A stretch of 59,911 nucleotides of DNA from Corallochytrium limacisporum Hawaii (taxonomy: Eukaryota > Protista > Pluriformea). The notes under the pieces are model-generated. The model searched no databases. It saw only the letters and a list, made by a program, of their open reading frames with translations, and was not told where the DNA came from. Positions 31,590 through 43,258 of the stretch are shown here, piece after piece. Every line of letters starts with the position of its first letter. Position 1 is the first letter of the stretch. The position numbers were made by a program, and so were the translations under genes. The DNA lies in contig PDIP01000050.1 of NCBI GenBank assembly GCA_002811645.1, forward strand, positions 1 to 59,911, in the 5' to 3' direction.

Positions 31590-32072
31590 CCAAAAAGCCA
31601 CTGATTACCAGCCTCCAGTGCTCCGTGCCAGGGCGCTCATCTGCTGCTTCTGTACCTTCGTCGGGACGAATTAAACAGCCCTCACCACTTGGGCATGAGA
31701 AGGTCAGCCTCACTCAGATACAAACTGAGTTCGTGTGCCTTGTAAGCCCAGGAGAAAGTGAGGTCGGGTCCAGAATCGAGCCGCGGCCTATCCAGCTCTG
31801 GACTGTGTGACACGCCCATCGTACCAGTGAATGGTACTTCAAATAATTCCTACCTGTGAGGATGAACATTTTCCAAGCCCATCTTTCTTTAATAAGGGCA
31901 CAATACAGTCTTGCGATATCATTACGACAACGACGTTATTGCATCTAATATGCATTTCGGCAGGATAGTAGAAATCGTCAAGTGGATGATGTGATAAGGC
32001 CCGCTTTTCTTGGGTAACAAATCATCAGAAATGATAGGGAGACTTTACCATTAACCACTTACTAAGGCAGCA

Positions 32073-35000
32073 ATGGTCTTGTGGTATTACGTCCTTGCGT
32101 CTCTCGTGGTCCTGGTGACCATCCTTTTGGAAGGTACCTTTGTTGGATACGCAGTCAGTCAAGGATTACGGCTCAGTGGCCTCATGAAACACAGCACTAT
32201 ATCGATATCTCGCTTACAGCCATGGGCGATTTCGGATGTGCATATGAAGATCACACGACCGACCGGGTTGTGTATTGAACTTCGTATTGGATCCATTGCG
32301 CTGCGACCAACAAAGGCCGTGGCACGGGAATTCAGCGGCGTCCCAGATTTGCCGTCGTGGGCTGGCACAGATGTTCTGGAGTTCTTTGCTCAGCCCAAGT
32401 ACGCTTTCAAGCCATTGATGGGCATGCTTGGGCGTGTGTGGCGGGGTCTACTACAATTCGTTGCGTGCGAAATGAGAGATGTTAAGGCCAAGTTATCACA
32501 TCCGGATACAAACGTCAAAGTGATTATGGACGGTCGAATAGAGATTGACGGGGCAGCCTCAGATAAGCACGAACAGTCACAGGTTGTGCTCCAGGGAGTC
32601 AGCATCATTATCAAAGGTACGATTGATTGCGGTGTGCAGGTTGACGACATTTCCTTAATGGAATCGACTCTGTCATGGACGATGATGGCAAATGTGTCGC
32701 CTGCACGGTTCCGGGATTCACAGATTGTATTCGAGCTGGAAATGTTCCGGTGCAAGCGGCCGTTCAGCATTGGTTTGCTGAACATAGCAGTTCGTAGTCT
32801 GCTTTCGGTTGGAACCAAGGAAGAACGTCAACTATCGACGTCACCCACAGGTGAACAGGAAACCAGTTTCTCACAGCGGATGCCACACAGAGCTACGACC
32901 CAAGAGATTGCCGCTTCGGTGCGTCGAATCATTGAGAAACTACCGGTGCTGGTCTCCATCAAGATCAAGGATGTGGTCCTGCCGTGTGTTTTGGAAGTCG
33001 ATGCTCTGTCATTCACGGTCACACCACGCATTGGCAGTATCAGTTTGCAATGCCATCGGAGTCAAACCGACAGTAGACAGTCAGCGGATGAGAGTCATTA
33101 TGATGCAAAGCTTCGCATGACACTGCGGAACCTGAGCCTGACCATTGTCGAAGAAGGAGAGACCTCTCTCGGCCTCCAAGAAATCGACTGTTACGTAGTG
33201 GTCAAGACTGAAAGTGTGGAGACAGCCGCGCCGTTGACGGTGATCGCTGGCATGGAAGTGCGGAAGCCCCGTTTGAGTGTGTACTTGGAGCAGGTACCGG
33301 ATCTTCGTCGGGCCTTGCAGAATCTGACCTTGCCGGATGGTGAAATAAATCGCAAGCGGGACTTGCGTAAGCTATCCTTCGGCTCACAGATGTACCATCG
33401 CATGGGTGAATCGGAGAGATTGGCTGCGGAACGCGTACGACGTCGGATCAAATTCCGAATCTCAGCGGCCGTCTACGACACCGAGGTAGTGGCATCGTAT
33501 GTGGATACTCGACAGCGTAAATCTTACGATTTTAATTTGCAGATTGCGCAACTGTCCAGCCAGCTGAGCACTCTGGATCTAAAAGAAAGAATACTCGTAC
33601 CGTGCAATTGGAGCACTGAACTATCGAAAATTCTTGTCTATATCAAGACACCGTTGCGACAAGACAAGGTGCACCCGATGGCTAAAGATTGGGCCACTTT
33701 ACATCCAACGCTGCTAGTTAACGATGTCAATGTAAAACTGCAGTTTATTGCTCACTCTCCCCGGCCCTCACAGATGGAGTGTGTGATCTGTTGTGTTGGT
33801 TCTGTGCAGGCTTTCGGAGATATTGCGCAATTGGGCATTATAGAGACGTTGAAGTCCATCTCGATTTTGCTGCAGGAGCCATACACAATCGCCACGGCGG
33901 GCGAGTCTGATGCAAATGAACCATCAACCGCAGCAGATGAGGTTGAACAGAGTCTGCGAGGATCCACACGGAATGTGCGAGTATCTGTGACCCTGGATCG
34001 CTTTGAGATAACGGTCTCTCTTGTGCACATTGCTGCGTTTTGTTGCTTGGTGTCCAAGGGAGCATCCCTGGAATGGTCATCGCCATACCTAAATGTTTCC
34101 TGGTCGCCTATGGCGGTCTCAAGACGATACCAAAAGGAAGAGCTACACAAGAGGGCGGTACTAGCAGAAGGCACTGCTAAGCTCTACAGAGACGAAGAGG
34201 GAATTGTGGTGAATGTGGATGTCGAAGATGTTGGAGCTGCCATAACGGTCGGGGACTTACTGCTCATGATCGCATTCGCGGACGCGATTCGAGCAGAAGG
34301 AAAGCGACCAAAGTTATCCCGTTTCAAACGAGGTCGTGCATTTTCCTACGGCACAGCTTCGAATGAAAGTCTAAACCGGATGATCAGTGCGGGTTCCGAC
34401 AGTAGTAATCTGGGTTCTCCTGCGATCAAGGTGTCTACTGTGCAGGCCTCTGTTCGTTCCGTGAGCTTCAAGTACCTATCCCACCACAACCGCAAGATTG
34501 AGGTTTGCCTGGACGAGATTGTCTCGAATGCAAAGACCAGCAACGCGACTTTGGATATTCAACTGAACAGCATGAACATACTGTCCAATAACAACAATTT
34601 GCTGCACGCTGCCTGGCTGCGCTGTGAGATACCTTTCCAGAACCGACCAATCAATGAAGAACGGCTTGCGGGACTGGCCATGGATAACATGGCAAACCAT
34701 GGACAATCCGCAGAGGAGGACATGCAGAACCCGGTCTACGTCACCAGTGACCCACTGGTGAAAAAGAAGGCTCCCAGAGTCATTTTGATAGATGCGGAAA
34801 TGCTGGAAATCACTATTCCGCATGAATATCCGCTGAAGTACGAGATAGAATCTATAAGCGGAGGATGGAAAATGGTCAAGGCACTAATCAACGACAAGGA
34901 GACCTCCCATCCTGAACCACATCGCAGATTCAGTGCGCTACTAACCCACTTCCGCATCAAACGCACGCGCGTGGTGATGGAAGACGATTCCTTTGAAGTT

Positions 35001-38000
35001 CGCCTGAACTTGAATTACCAACTCATGCGTGAAGAGCAACTGCAGCAGCAAGAGCGGCAATACTGGATCGAGTCCATGCTCAGTGCTGGTGGTTTCGCCA
35101 TCGACAATGAGAAGGTCTGGGCAGAGTTGCAGAAATTGTGCTCTGCGGTGTACATTCAACGCGCCCGAGCAATGCATGCACAATTCGAGAACAGTGAGGG
35201 TCCCCAAACCGGTGAGTCTGAGGACGAACAGCCAAGTCAAGATCTTGCCCCACTGATTTCCTTGCGAATCGATGACTTGTCACTTGCCGTCGGATCGCAC
35301 CGCAACATGCGAACGGACGAGGACATTCTCACAGAAATGCAGCGTATTGACGAGGAACCTCTGCCGTACGGCATTCGCATGCAGACACTGTTGGCATGTA
35401 ATGTGAGCCTGAAGGCGGCACGTGTCTCCGCTCAAATTCGTGATTACGCACGTCCCCTGATCCTCGGCCGGCATGTAACAGTTTCCTCTCCATTAGTTAT
35501 TGCAGAACGGTCGGCTGACAAGCGATCCATGTACAACGTTCCCGTTGAGGACCAAGGACTATCGTTTACAATCCACAAAACGACCACAACCGTCAAGATC
35601 TACGTCGACCCAGTTGTGGATGCGAAAGAGCTGAAGATCACACACGGTCCATGCTATGAACATGGTCTAGCCGAGGTCAGTCGATGTGCAGATCTCTTCA
35701 CATTCCCCTCAATTGATGACAGTCCTCTATTGCCGTTTTGGGACAAATTAAGACTGATGATCCGAGGTTCCACGCAGATATACGCGAACGATCTCAGAGT
35801 TATTCTCACCCTTGACCGAATTCCACACGAAAAGAATCGCGCTCTGGAGCTGAAGGCAAAGCATGCACGCGTCGATGCGAACGGAAACATGGTGATTGAG
35901 ACTGAGCTTTTGGAGGCGTTAATGCGGGATCCGAGCCAGTACAATCGGTCCAAGATCCTGAGCATTCCTAGGGCACGGTTGAATATGATCTTTCAATGGA
36001 CGATCGAAACCAATGTAGTGCACCACATGGACGTAATCCCCGTCAACCCTGCCTTCCGACAGAACTTTTCATCATGGATTAGTCGACAAAACAATCGGTC
36101 CGGTGACGTGGTAGATAGTTTCGAGGGCTTCCGAACAGACCGCTTGGATCTGGTCTTTGAGCTGAGCAGCGCCAAGCCACAGAATGTGACGGTGGAAGAA
36201 TTAGAGAAAGAGGACTGGCCTACGGGCACTGTCTATGGTCAGACTCTGACCTTCATCAGCGATCTCGTGAAGGCATACTCGAATCCAAGGCACCCCATCC
36301 GCGAAGGGAAGATCTTTGACGCAGTCCCCAAAAAGCGCAAGAGTCTGGGAGACCATATCAGGAGCATAACTACGGAGGTCGACTTTCGGCCTGTGTGTGT
36401 ATACATGTGGGAGACGCGGGACCACCTGGCGGGGGCGAAACTGACTTGCAATCGTGGCAGTACCACTGTGGTCAATCGCCAGGTTAACCTGCCCAGCCTG
36501 GGTACAGAGTCTGGAAGACGAGTGCGCCAGGGAGGGCGCTGGGTAACTTCATCGGTGAACATGGCTACCGAGTCCATCGAAATCCACACCATTGCACGGG
36601 ATCCGGACCACACCAGCCAGCTTTTGATGAGCAGTGCGGTAGTTTACCAGTCGGCAATCTACAAGAGCCGACCACGCGCCCCTAAAGATAGCAATTCTTT
36701 GGAACCAGCCCATTTCTTACACCAAGTGAAGGGAACCACTGTGTGGATGACGTGGTCCGTGTTTAACAGCACAATTGTCTTCCGTTTGTGGGACAAGTTT
36801 ATTTCACTACCCGCATTGCAGCAGTTTCTGAAGGCCGACGCAGTGCAAGATATGATCAAGGCAACATTGGACCACCACACGGGGAATAGCTTCTCTGATG
36901 TTCGGCAGGGCTTAGAGATCAACGTCGGCCAGGGCGAACGTGTGGTTGCGTATGACCAAGCCAAGCGGCGTTTGAATATTTACTTAGATGAGTATGACAA
37001 CTTGGACGTGTCCTCGCATCATCTGAACGTCACTGTTGACACAATGCAACTCAAAGTTATGAGCGAGGAAGACAACGACTGTGTAATCGTTACTAGTCCA
37101 AAACTAACTCTGTACGAGGTACATGAGGATCTCAGAGAGGTTGGTGAATTCATTTTGGTACGCAAGGTGCTAATCGGTGATGTAGAGAATCTACAGGCGT
37201 TCATGCCCATCGAATCAATGGTGGACAAAATCGAGCATCTTTGGATGCCTGATGCCCTGGTCAGGGGTGTTTCACAGAAAGAATTTGACCTCATCTCCTC
37301 GTTCTGCCAACGCATCATTCGCGAATGTCGGCTGACATTCTCATATCGCTACCACTCGCAGGTGCTGAAAGAGCAGGCTGTTCTTGACCGAGGTCTGCGG
37401 GGTTCGATCCTGGACCTATCAGCTACTTCGGGAGGCACTAAGAATTCATTCAATATGATAGACGATGGCAATCTGGAACAACAGCGGGCGCAGGATTCCA
37501 CGGTTGGGCAGGTGCTATCCCTCCTGATACACGGCATGGACATTGAGTGCGACCGTCGCCAGTTTTACACGGTGATTGATGCCATTCGCTACACATTGCT
37601 CGAGTCTCATTCATTTCGACATACAGTCACCAGCGAATTGGAGACAATGAACCTTATGAGTTCGTTCGAGACCGCTGATGATCTCTATGAGCGCATCAAA
37701 CTCCTGCAGATGGAACTGAAGGGTCTTCGCAAACAACGTCAGGCAGTCCGATTTCAGAGTTACATTCTACAGATTGAGGAGCGGCACAACCGCAAAATGA
37801 CCATCGGAGACGAGGAGCCAGACGCGGGCGCCGATACTGGCGAAGGTGCGGTGCTTCTCCAGCTTGATAATGACCTGGAGGACAAGATCTTCATCAAATT
37901 GCTCCAGCTCGAGTTAATCCTACGTCTCTACGGTGATGTCGTGAGCCCGACTTCAGACCGGCAGATTTCCGAGACCGAAGGTGTCTTAAAGCGCACTGAG

Positions 38001-40211
38001 ATCTGCCTTGAGAATGCGACGTGGTGCCTGCTCAACAACACAGACAAGAAAGACGGAGGGTTTGCCAATATTTCTCTCGGCGCCTTTTCTTACCTGCAGA
38101 CAAACAATCGCGACAATAGTGTGACGTCCTTGTACGAATGTTATGACCTGAATGCATTCAATATCATGAAGAACGCCAAACTCTTGAAGGTGCTGGCGCC
38201 GAAAGCTAAAGGCAATCGCCGGGACGAGACTATGGCACGAGTGTACATGCGCAATTGTCCACCAGTCGGTGGGATTCCTGTAATTATGCACTTTGAAGTG
38301 AACATAGTGCCCCTGGATGTTGCCGTAACTTACCACCTCTACCAGGAAGTCTACCGCTATTTCTTTGTCGAGTCTGTGGACGAAGCGGGCAAGTCTGCGA
38401 ACAAGGGCAAAGGACATCATCACCACGGATACAGCTATGGACATCAGCATCCCTCAGTTCCCACACAGAGCAGTCCTTCGCGCAGTCGATACCACGCGCG
38501 CAGTGCATCCCAGTCGAACCTGGTCCACAGCACCCTGAGCTACACCCAAAGCCAGGGTGCCTCTTCTGAAAAGGCTTCAGTTTCTCCTCCGCTACAAGGT
38601 ACTGACACCGACCTCAACGATAGTTCATCAGAGACTGCCAGCCGTGGCTTTCTCGCTCGAACGTACAGCGAAATTTCTGATGACGCACCGTTGGGTTTTG
38701 ACGGCCCGACGTTACCTCAGATGATGTTGCACCGTAGTACCGACAGTGGCGGCACGGGCGCAGACGGTGGCATGGGCACACTTGGAGGAAGTGGGGGCTT
38801 GGGCCCTGTCGACGCAAACTACCTTACCGGTGCTCTTGAGCCGACAATCCAGAACGTCGCACCGTCGTCCGAACCCCGCCTCAGGGCCAGACCACGCGTA
38901 ATCCAAGAGACCATCGCCGAACATGGCGTGAGCCACCCTAGGAGCACTTCGGACACTGCTGCCGAGCTTTCGTTGAGGGGAGTGCATAAGGATCGTGGTC
39001 ATAGAGATGGCGGAGCTAAAAAAGCTACTGACGCCGACACGGTGAGCACACACTCACAGGCTTCCGCGGGCACTTCGGGGTCAACAAACCAGGCTCAGGG
39101 CAGTGGGGGTCTCCGCAAGCCACATTTCGCACACCGCCGAGGCAAGTCACTCGCCGCCGTTGCTGCGGGGAGAAAAGCACCGCCCTCGTCGTCTGCGGAT
39201 GGTCTCATTGGCGGCAGTTCAAACGGAGGCAGTGCCATTGTCAACTTCTCTGGTGGCACTGGTCCGGACTCGGATACGCGGTCTGTCACTTCGAGCGCCC
39301 AAGCTGCCGGTCAACTCAACGCCGACTCAACATCTCAGGTCAGTGCAGAAAAACGGTCGCATCTCGGTCTGCCCATACCGAGCGGGACGGGCATAAACGC
39401 GAGTTCGTATTCCGAGGAACTTGGACGCATGCGAACGACTGCAGCGCTAGTGAAATCGTTTGTGTACATCAAGATCACTGATATTCGCATGGGATTGAGT
39501 TACCGTGGCACAAAGGAACGCAACATTGAAGACTTTGACGACTTGGAACTCACTACACCGGTGATTGAGTACCACGACCACGTATGGAGCTGGAAACAAT
39601 TTGCGGACCAATTTATGCGTGATGGCATCAAGGCCGTTTTGGCTGCTCGTGCGGCGCAGGCATTCAACCCTTTTCGCAAGAAGGAGGAACAAAGCAGTCG
39701 CATTGGCGATGCAGAAGAAAACGAGAGCACTGCGAACGGAGGTGACGCTAGCAGCGGCGGTGGTAGAGGCAATGGTCATCCGCCGCTGGCTGACGAAGGC
39801 ATCATCCATGGAGGCGACCTTATCGCGGGCAGTGTGCTTATGCGTGAATTTAGCGGTGGCCTAAGTGGACACAGCAATAACGTCGGAGCTGCCGCTGACC
39901 ATGATAGTCTGCTCACACCCCGCAGTGCGGCGCAGACCACAGGAATGGGTTCCACGGAGTCTGTCTCCGGTACTGAGAAGAGTGGCCTCGGCCACCAACG
40001 CAGCAATCCCTCGGGACTGCACCTCCTCGGCATGGCCAGCGGAGAGAATGTGTCGGCGCTGCAGCGCACGAGCGAACGAGACCAGCGGATTGCTCAGCTT
40101 TTAGGACTGGGAAGAGACGGTGGGCCGAACACCGAAGCAGAGGAACGTGCAGTTCGCAAGGGACAGCAATTGCTTTCTGACCTGGCCAAACTACAGAGGA
40201 ATCGTATGTGA
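32073..40211 (+). CDS. BLTP2: Bridge-like lipid transfer protein 2 (KIAA0100/Hobbit/Fmp27), 2712 aa, single exon
   Basis: N-terminal TM anchor; MEDDSFEVRLNLNYQL; QIRDYARPL; Fmp27 GFWDK-type DDSPLLPFWDKLRLMIRG; FEGFRT; Apt1 region PPVGGIPVIMHFEVNIVPL and SFVYIKI...SYRG...EYHDHVWSW. Confidence 0.93.
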   Translation: MVLWYYVLASLVVLVTILLEGTFVGYAVSQGLRLSGLMKHSTISISRLQPWAISDVHMKITRPTGLCIELRIGSIALRPTKAVAREFSGVPDLPSWAGTDVLEFFAQPKYAFKPLMGMLGRVWRGLLQFVACEMRDVKAKLSHPDTNVKVIMDGRIEIDGAASDKHEQSQVVLQGVSIIIKGTIDCGVQVDDISLMESTLSWTMMANVSPARFRDSQIVFELEMFRCKRPFSIGLLNIAVRSLLSVGTKEERQLSTSPTGEQETSFSQRMPHRATTQEIAASVRRIIEKLPVLVSIKIKDVVLPCVLEVDALSFTVTPRIGSISLQCHRSQTDSRQSADESHYDAKLRMTLRNLSLTIVEEGETSLGLQEIDCYVVVKTESVETAAPLTVIAGMEVRKPRLSVYLEQVPDLRRALQNLTLPDGEINRKRDLRKLSFGSQMYHRMGESERLAAERVRRRIKFRISAAVYDTEVVASYVDTRQRKSYDFNLQIAQLSSQLSTLDLKERILVPCNWSTELSKILVYIKTPLRQDKVHPMAKDWATLHPTLLVNDVNVKLQFIAHSPRPSQMECVICCVGSVQAFGDIAQLGIIETLKSISILLQEPYTIATAGESDANEPSTAADEVEQSLRGSTRNVRVSVTLDRFEITVSLVHIAAFCCLVSKGASLEWSSPYLNVSWSPMAVSRRYQKEELHKRAVLAEGTAKLYRDEEGIVVNVDVEDVGAAITVGDLLLMIAFADAIRAEGKRPKLSRFKRGRAFSYGTASNESLNRMISAGSDSSNLGSPAIKVSTVQASVRSVSFKYLSHHNRKIEVCLDEIVSNAKTSNATLDIQLNSMNILSNNNNLLHAAWLRCEIPFQNRPINEERLAGLAMDNMANHGQSAEEDMQNPVYVTSDPLVKKKAPRVILIDAEMLEITIPHEYPLKYEIESISGGWKMVKALINDKETSHPEPHRRFSALLTHFRIKRTRVVMEDDSFEVRLNLNYQLMREEQLQQQERQYWIESMLSAGGFAIDNEKVWAELQKLCSAVYIQRARAMHAQFENSEGPQTGESEDEQPSQDLAPLISLRIDDLSLAVGSHRNMRTDEDILTEMQRIDEEPLPYGIRMQTLLACNVSLKAARVSAQIRDYARPLILGRHVTVSSPLVIAERSADKRSMYNVPVEDQGLSFTIHKTTTTVKIYVDPVVDAKELKITHGPCYEHGLAEVSRCADLFTFPSIDDSPLLPFWDKLRLMIRGSTQIYANDLRVILTLDRIPHEKNRALELKAKHARVDANGNMVIETELLEALMRDPSQYNRSKILSIPRARLNMIFQWTIETNVVHHMDVIPVNPAFRQNFSSWISRQNNRSGDVVDSFEGFRTDRLDLVFELSSAKPQNVTVEELEKEDWPTGTVYGQTLTFISDLVKAYSNPRHPIREGKIFDAVPKKRKSLGDHIRSITTEVDFRPVCVYMWETRDHLAGAKLTCNRGSTTVVNRQVNLPSLGTESGRRVRQGGRWVTSSVNMATESIEIHTIARDPDHTSQLLMSSAVVYQSAIYKSRPRAPKDSNSLEPAHFLHQVKGTTVWMTWSVFNSTIVFRLWDKFISLPALQQFLKADAVQDMIKATLDHHTGNSFSDVRQGLEINVGQGERVVAYDQAKRRLNIYLDEYDNLDVSSHHLNVTVDTMQLKVMSEEDNDCVIVTSPKLTLYEVHEDLREVGEFILVRKVLIGDVENLQAFMPIESMVDKIEHLWMPDALVRGVSQKEFDLISSFCQRIIRECRLTFSYRYHSQVLKEQAVLDRGLRGSILDLSATSGGTKNSFNMIDDGNLEQQRAQDSTVGQVLSLLIHGMDIECDRRQFYTVIDAIRYTLLESHSFRHTVTSELETMNLMSSFETADDLYERIKLLQMELKGLRKQRQAVRFQSYILQIEERHNRKMTIGDEEPDAGADTGEGAVLLQLDNDLEDKIFIKLLQLELILRLYGDVVSPTSDRQISETEGVLKRTEICLENATWCLLNNTDKKDGGFANISLGAFSYLQTNNRDNSVTSLYECYDLNAFNIMKNAKLLKVLAPKAKGNRRDETMARVYMRNCPPVGGIPVIMHFEVNIVPLDVAVTYHLYQEVYRYFFVESVDEAGKSANKGKGHHHHGYSYGHQHPSVPTQSSPSRSRYHARSASQSNLVHSTLSYTQSQGASSEKASVSPPLQGTDTDLNDSSSETASRGFLARTYSEISDDAPLGFDGPTLPQMMLHRSTDSGGTGADGGMGTLGGSGGLGPVDANYLTGALEPTIQNVAPSSEPRLRARPRVIQETIAEHGVSHPRSTSDTAAELSLRGVHKDRGHRDGGAKKATDADTVSTHSQASAGTSGSTNQAQGSGGLRKPHFAHRRGKSLAAVAAGRKAPPSSSADGLIGGSSNGGSAIVNFSGGTGPDSDTRSVTSSAQAAGQLNADSTSQVSAEKRSHLGLPIPSGTGINASSYSEELGRMRTTAALVKSFVYIKITDIRMGLSYRGTKERNIEDFDDLELTTPVIEYHDHVWSWKQFADQFMRDGIKAVLAARAAQAFNPFRKKEEQSSRIGDAEENESTANGGDASSGGGRGNGHPPLADEGIIHGGDLIAGSVLMREFSGGLSGHSNNVGAAADHDSLLTPRSAAQTTGMGSTESVSGTEKSGLGHQRSNPSGLHLLGMASGENVSALQRTSERDQRIAQLLGLGRDGGPNTEAEERAVRKGQQLLSDLAKLQRNRM

Positions 40212-40455
40212 AACGTTGGTTACGTGCCTGTTTGCGCCTCCTGTCATTCATTTCTGTCCAAGATCCTTAAGTTTACCTACGTGAATACAAAGGGCATTTT
40301 GAACATTGCATAATTTAATTACCAGATTACGAGTCATATGCATCATACGATTTAGCTGATCATGATGGCTTTATAATGACGACATACACCGAAAGGGGGG
40401 TTCTCCACAAATGAACTGCGTGGTGGCGAAGAGGCGGGGTAGTTCAGCGGACAAT

Positions 40456-41730
40456 TCACTGCTGCTTTAGCAGGTCGGCAACCTCAGCTCTACGCTGCGC
40501 CTTCCAAGCATCCCAGTCCATTCCCTCCGGCTTTGCCTGGGGCTCTGGAATTCGCCCTTGCTTAAAGAGGGACCATTCCCTAGCCAGCACTCCTTGGGGG
40601 GCAGATTTCGGTCTTTCCGACAGCTTACCTGCGACGTACAATTTCCACTCCCGCCAACTCACGCCTGGAGGCTTCGGTTCTGGCTCCCGAGAGTGACCAT
40701 CGAGGAAGCGCCTCCAGTCCCGTGCAGTCACGCCCGGAGGTGCGGACGGCTGCTCCAGTGCCTTTCCTTCCAGTTCATCGACGACAGCCGAAACCTCTCG
40801 CTGGAGATTGCGGTATTTACGGCGAGTGCTGGCGTTGAGCGCGCGCATGGCCTGGCTGTGGTCGGTGCGCAGCTTCCAACGCTGGCCGCGCTGTTGTTGG
40901 GCTTCCTTGGTGACAGCTGCCTTGGCGTCCTTTAGCTTGCTCTCGCTCTTCCGAAGCTCCTCCTCGACCAAAGGATCGCGCCAAGTAGCTGACGAGTTAG
41001 TCTCCGCGACATACACCATCCGATCCGCTCGGAGCAGGCGATTAACACGATCCAGATGCCTAGCCGCGACTCGCGCCCGCGAGCTCCTGAATCCTTTCTC
41101 CACAAAAAGATCTCGTAACGTAAGGTCCGGCACCGCAGGCCTCGCGGGGCCGTAGACTACGCGAGCATCCGAGGTCAATACATCATGGATGTGTTGTTTC
41201 CGATTCTGCTCAGTAAGAAACTGATCAACATTTTGGGTATGCAAGTTTACCTGCTCTAGGCGATCCCAGATCTGCGTGCCGCGCGTGTTTTGCCAATTTT
41301 CGAGCTGGGATGCGGCGGCATGCTGTCTTTCAGTGTACTGTTGCGCCCTGCGTGCGTCCTGTGCGGCTTTTTCCAGCATTGACCGCGCGAGAGGCGACTG
41401 ACCCCAGGCCAAATTACGTGCTGTGCGCTTCGCCATGCGTTCCTGTTCCTGCATCCGCAGAATTCGGGCATCCACATCCGCGTCCGTCTGTGACTGAAGG
41501 TAGAATTTCTTGCGCAAGTCCTTCATGGCGCGTTTGTATGCCAGCTTTTCCTCCTCAAAAGGAGTGACGATATGCCGCCTGAAGGTGTTGGTAGGCGCAC
41601 GGCGGTAACGGCGTTCCTGGACAGCACTAACAACCACCGTTGAAGGTCTCACATTGAGCAGTATTGGATGGAGAACATCAGCGACTGCGGCCCTCCTGAC
41701 TGCGATGGCAGAGGTGAGCGACAGACTCAT
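40456..41730 (-). CDS. Probable mitochondrial basic helical protein (possibly mitoribosomal mS26-like) with C-terminal PxG-x5-W tandem repeats
   Basis: Presequence-like N-terminus; EEEKLAYKRAMKDLRKKF followed by Arg/Gln-rich helices; 424-aa ORF. The family assignment is tentative. Confidence 0.6.
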   Translation of the reverse strand: MSLSLTSAIAVRRAAVADVLHPILLNVRPSTVVVSAVQERRYRRAPTNTFRRHIVTPFEEEKLAYKRAMKDLRKKFYLQSQTDADVDARILRMQEQERMAKRTARNLAWGQSPLARSMLEKAAQDARRAQQYTERQHAAASQLENWQNTRGTQIWDRLEQVNLHTQNVDQFLTEQNRKQHIHDVLTSDARVVYGPARPAVPDLTLRDLFVEKGFRSSRARVAARHLDRVNRLLRADRMVYVAETNSSATWRDPLVEEELRKSESKLKDAKAAVTKEAQQQRGQRWKLRTDHSQAMRALNASTRRKYRNLQREVSAVVDELEGKALEQPSAPPGVTARDWRRFLDGHSREPEPKPPGVSWREWKLYVAGKLSERPKSAPQGVLAREWSLFKQGRIPEPQAKPEGMDWDAWKAQRRAEVADLLKQQ

Positions 41731-42445
41731 ATTGTGCCAATCTCTCTAGTCTACTTAGTGAGGTCCTGTTCTGTGCCGTATTGAAGTACAAACTATTGTT
41801 TGAAGGTTTCGCGCTAATTCCGCCTTATTTGCTCAGTCAGTTGTTTTCTTGTTCACACATCATGCACATACTCCCCAAGATTTCTCCATTTATCAGAGTT
41901 TGCTTGGTACGTTTCTCTGCAGGTTATATGAGGATACCACAGACTTTCACATTTATTACCTTGCCATATGTAATACACCACAATCAAACGCATGAACAAT
42001 TGGCAATGGCTACAACGGTGTGTGTGATCACTGTTGCGTCCGGCCGCATCAGACGACAATCCCCAATATTCGCTCAGATCAAGTCCACGCGTGGAACACC
42101 CCCCCTCCGCCCGGAAAAAGGGGAAGAAAGGGGGGAGAGGGGCCGGGCGCATAGGAGCCAGCAAGGGCACATCCCTCTTCCCGTTCCCCCACGCTGAAGG
42201 GACAAAAATCGGGTGTGTGTTTTAGTGCGGCCCAGTAGAGAAACCGATGTTTGAGTCTGCAGATAAATAGGCCCCCATACAACGGCCAAACCAATGGTAG
42301 GTGGAAGGTTTCTAATCGTGGCCATGTTATCTAGGAACCCGTTTCATTTGACCTATGCGGTTGATGATCTAGTGCATGCAATATTTCAATACCAGAAACA
42401 CCAAAGGTGTGTGAATTTATGACTGTCCATGCAGTGGCTACAATT

Positions 42446-43258
42446 TCACTTTTTCGCAAAGAAAGCAGTAAGTTTTGTTTTCTGTTTCGGACCCTTGGCC
42501 AGCTGCTGTGCCAATCGTGATTTGGTCTGCATCCTTTTCATCTCTGTTGGCACACTGTCGAGCTTTGAATAGTCATCCAAAGGCCCTTCCGCGCTGATAA
42601 TCGCTGCAGATTCTTCCTGCGTAGCTGCTTCTGCGAAGGTATCAGTGGCAGTCGCCTCCGTGTCAGTCCCCACTGCCAGAGCAACGATCTCAGGGGGCAT
42701 AAACTCTGCCATCAGCGCAAGGGCTAGCCCATCAACTTCCTTTTCGTTGACCAATCCCTTGAGTTCCGCCTTTACTGTTTCCTGGAAGTGTGCATACCGA
42801 CAGTCCGCCCAAGCTTTCACCTTTTCTTCGTTCAACCGGCAAACAACGTCCCCCGCGTGTTCTTGCACATCCGTAAGCAGCCCCAATTCCGTTTCGGATA
42901 GCAATTTACTCAATCTGATCGCTTGGCTGGGACATGATGCGCAGTACAGAATCTCCCGGATATCACGATACTGTTTGCATACTGCACTGTTCGTCTCCCG
43001 CAAGAGACAGCCCAGGAAAATGTACAGTGCAGACGACTCTAGCGCGCAGTACAAAGATCCATCTGAGGCAACGGTGTTGCCGCTGAACCAACATCCATGT
43101 TTGATGTTCACGCTGCGAAGCTCGTAGACATGCGGTTCTTGAATCAGAAACTGTGCCGGCATGCCAGTGGCTGGGTGTTGCAGTGTGATGAACTGAATGT
43201 CATCTCCACCTGCGTTCACGCCCGAGGGCAAGATGATGTGGCGTCTCTGAAGGTTCAT
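42446..43258 (-). CDS. RNASEH2B: Ribonuclease H2 subunit B
   Basis: FITLQHPATGMPAQF, VYEL, GCWFSGNTVASDGSLY, RLNEEKVKAW, PLDDYS, and a C-terminal PIP-box-like QKTKLTAFF. Start is ATG 43258 (track start is GTG). Confidence 0.88.
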   Translation of the reverse strand: MNLQRRHIILPSGVNAGGDDIQFITLQHPATGMPAQFLIQEPHVYELRSVNIKHGCWFSGNTVASDGSLYCALESSALYIFLGCLLRETNSAVCKQYRDIREILYCASCPSQAIRLSKLLSETELGLLTDVQEHAGDVVCRLNEEKVKAWADCRYAHFQETVKAELKGLVNEKEVDGLALALMAEFMPPEIVALAVGTDTEATATDTFAEAATQEESAAIISAEGPLDDYSKLDSVPTEMKRMQTKSRLAQQLAKGPKQKTKLTAFFAKK

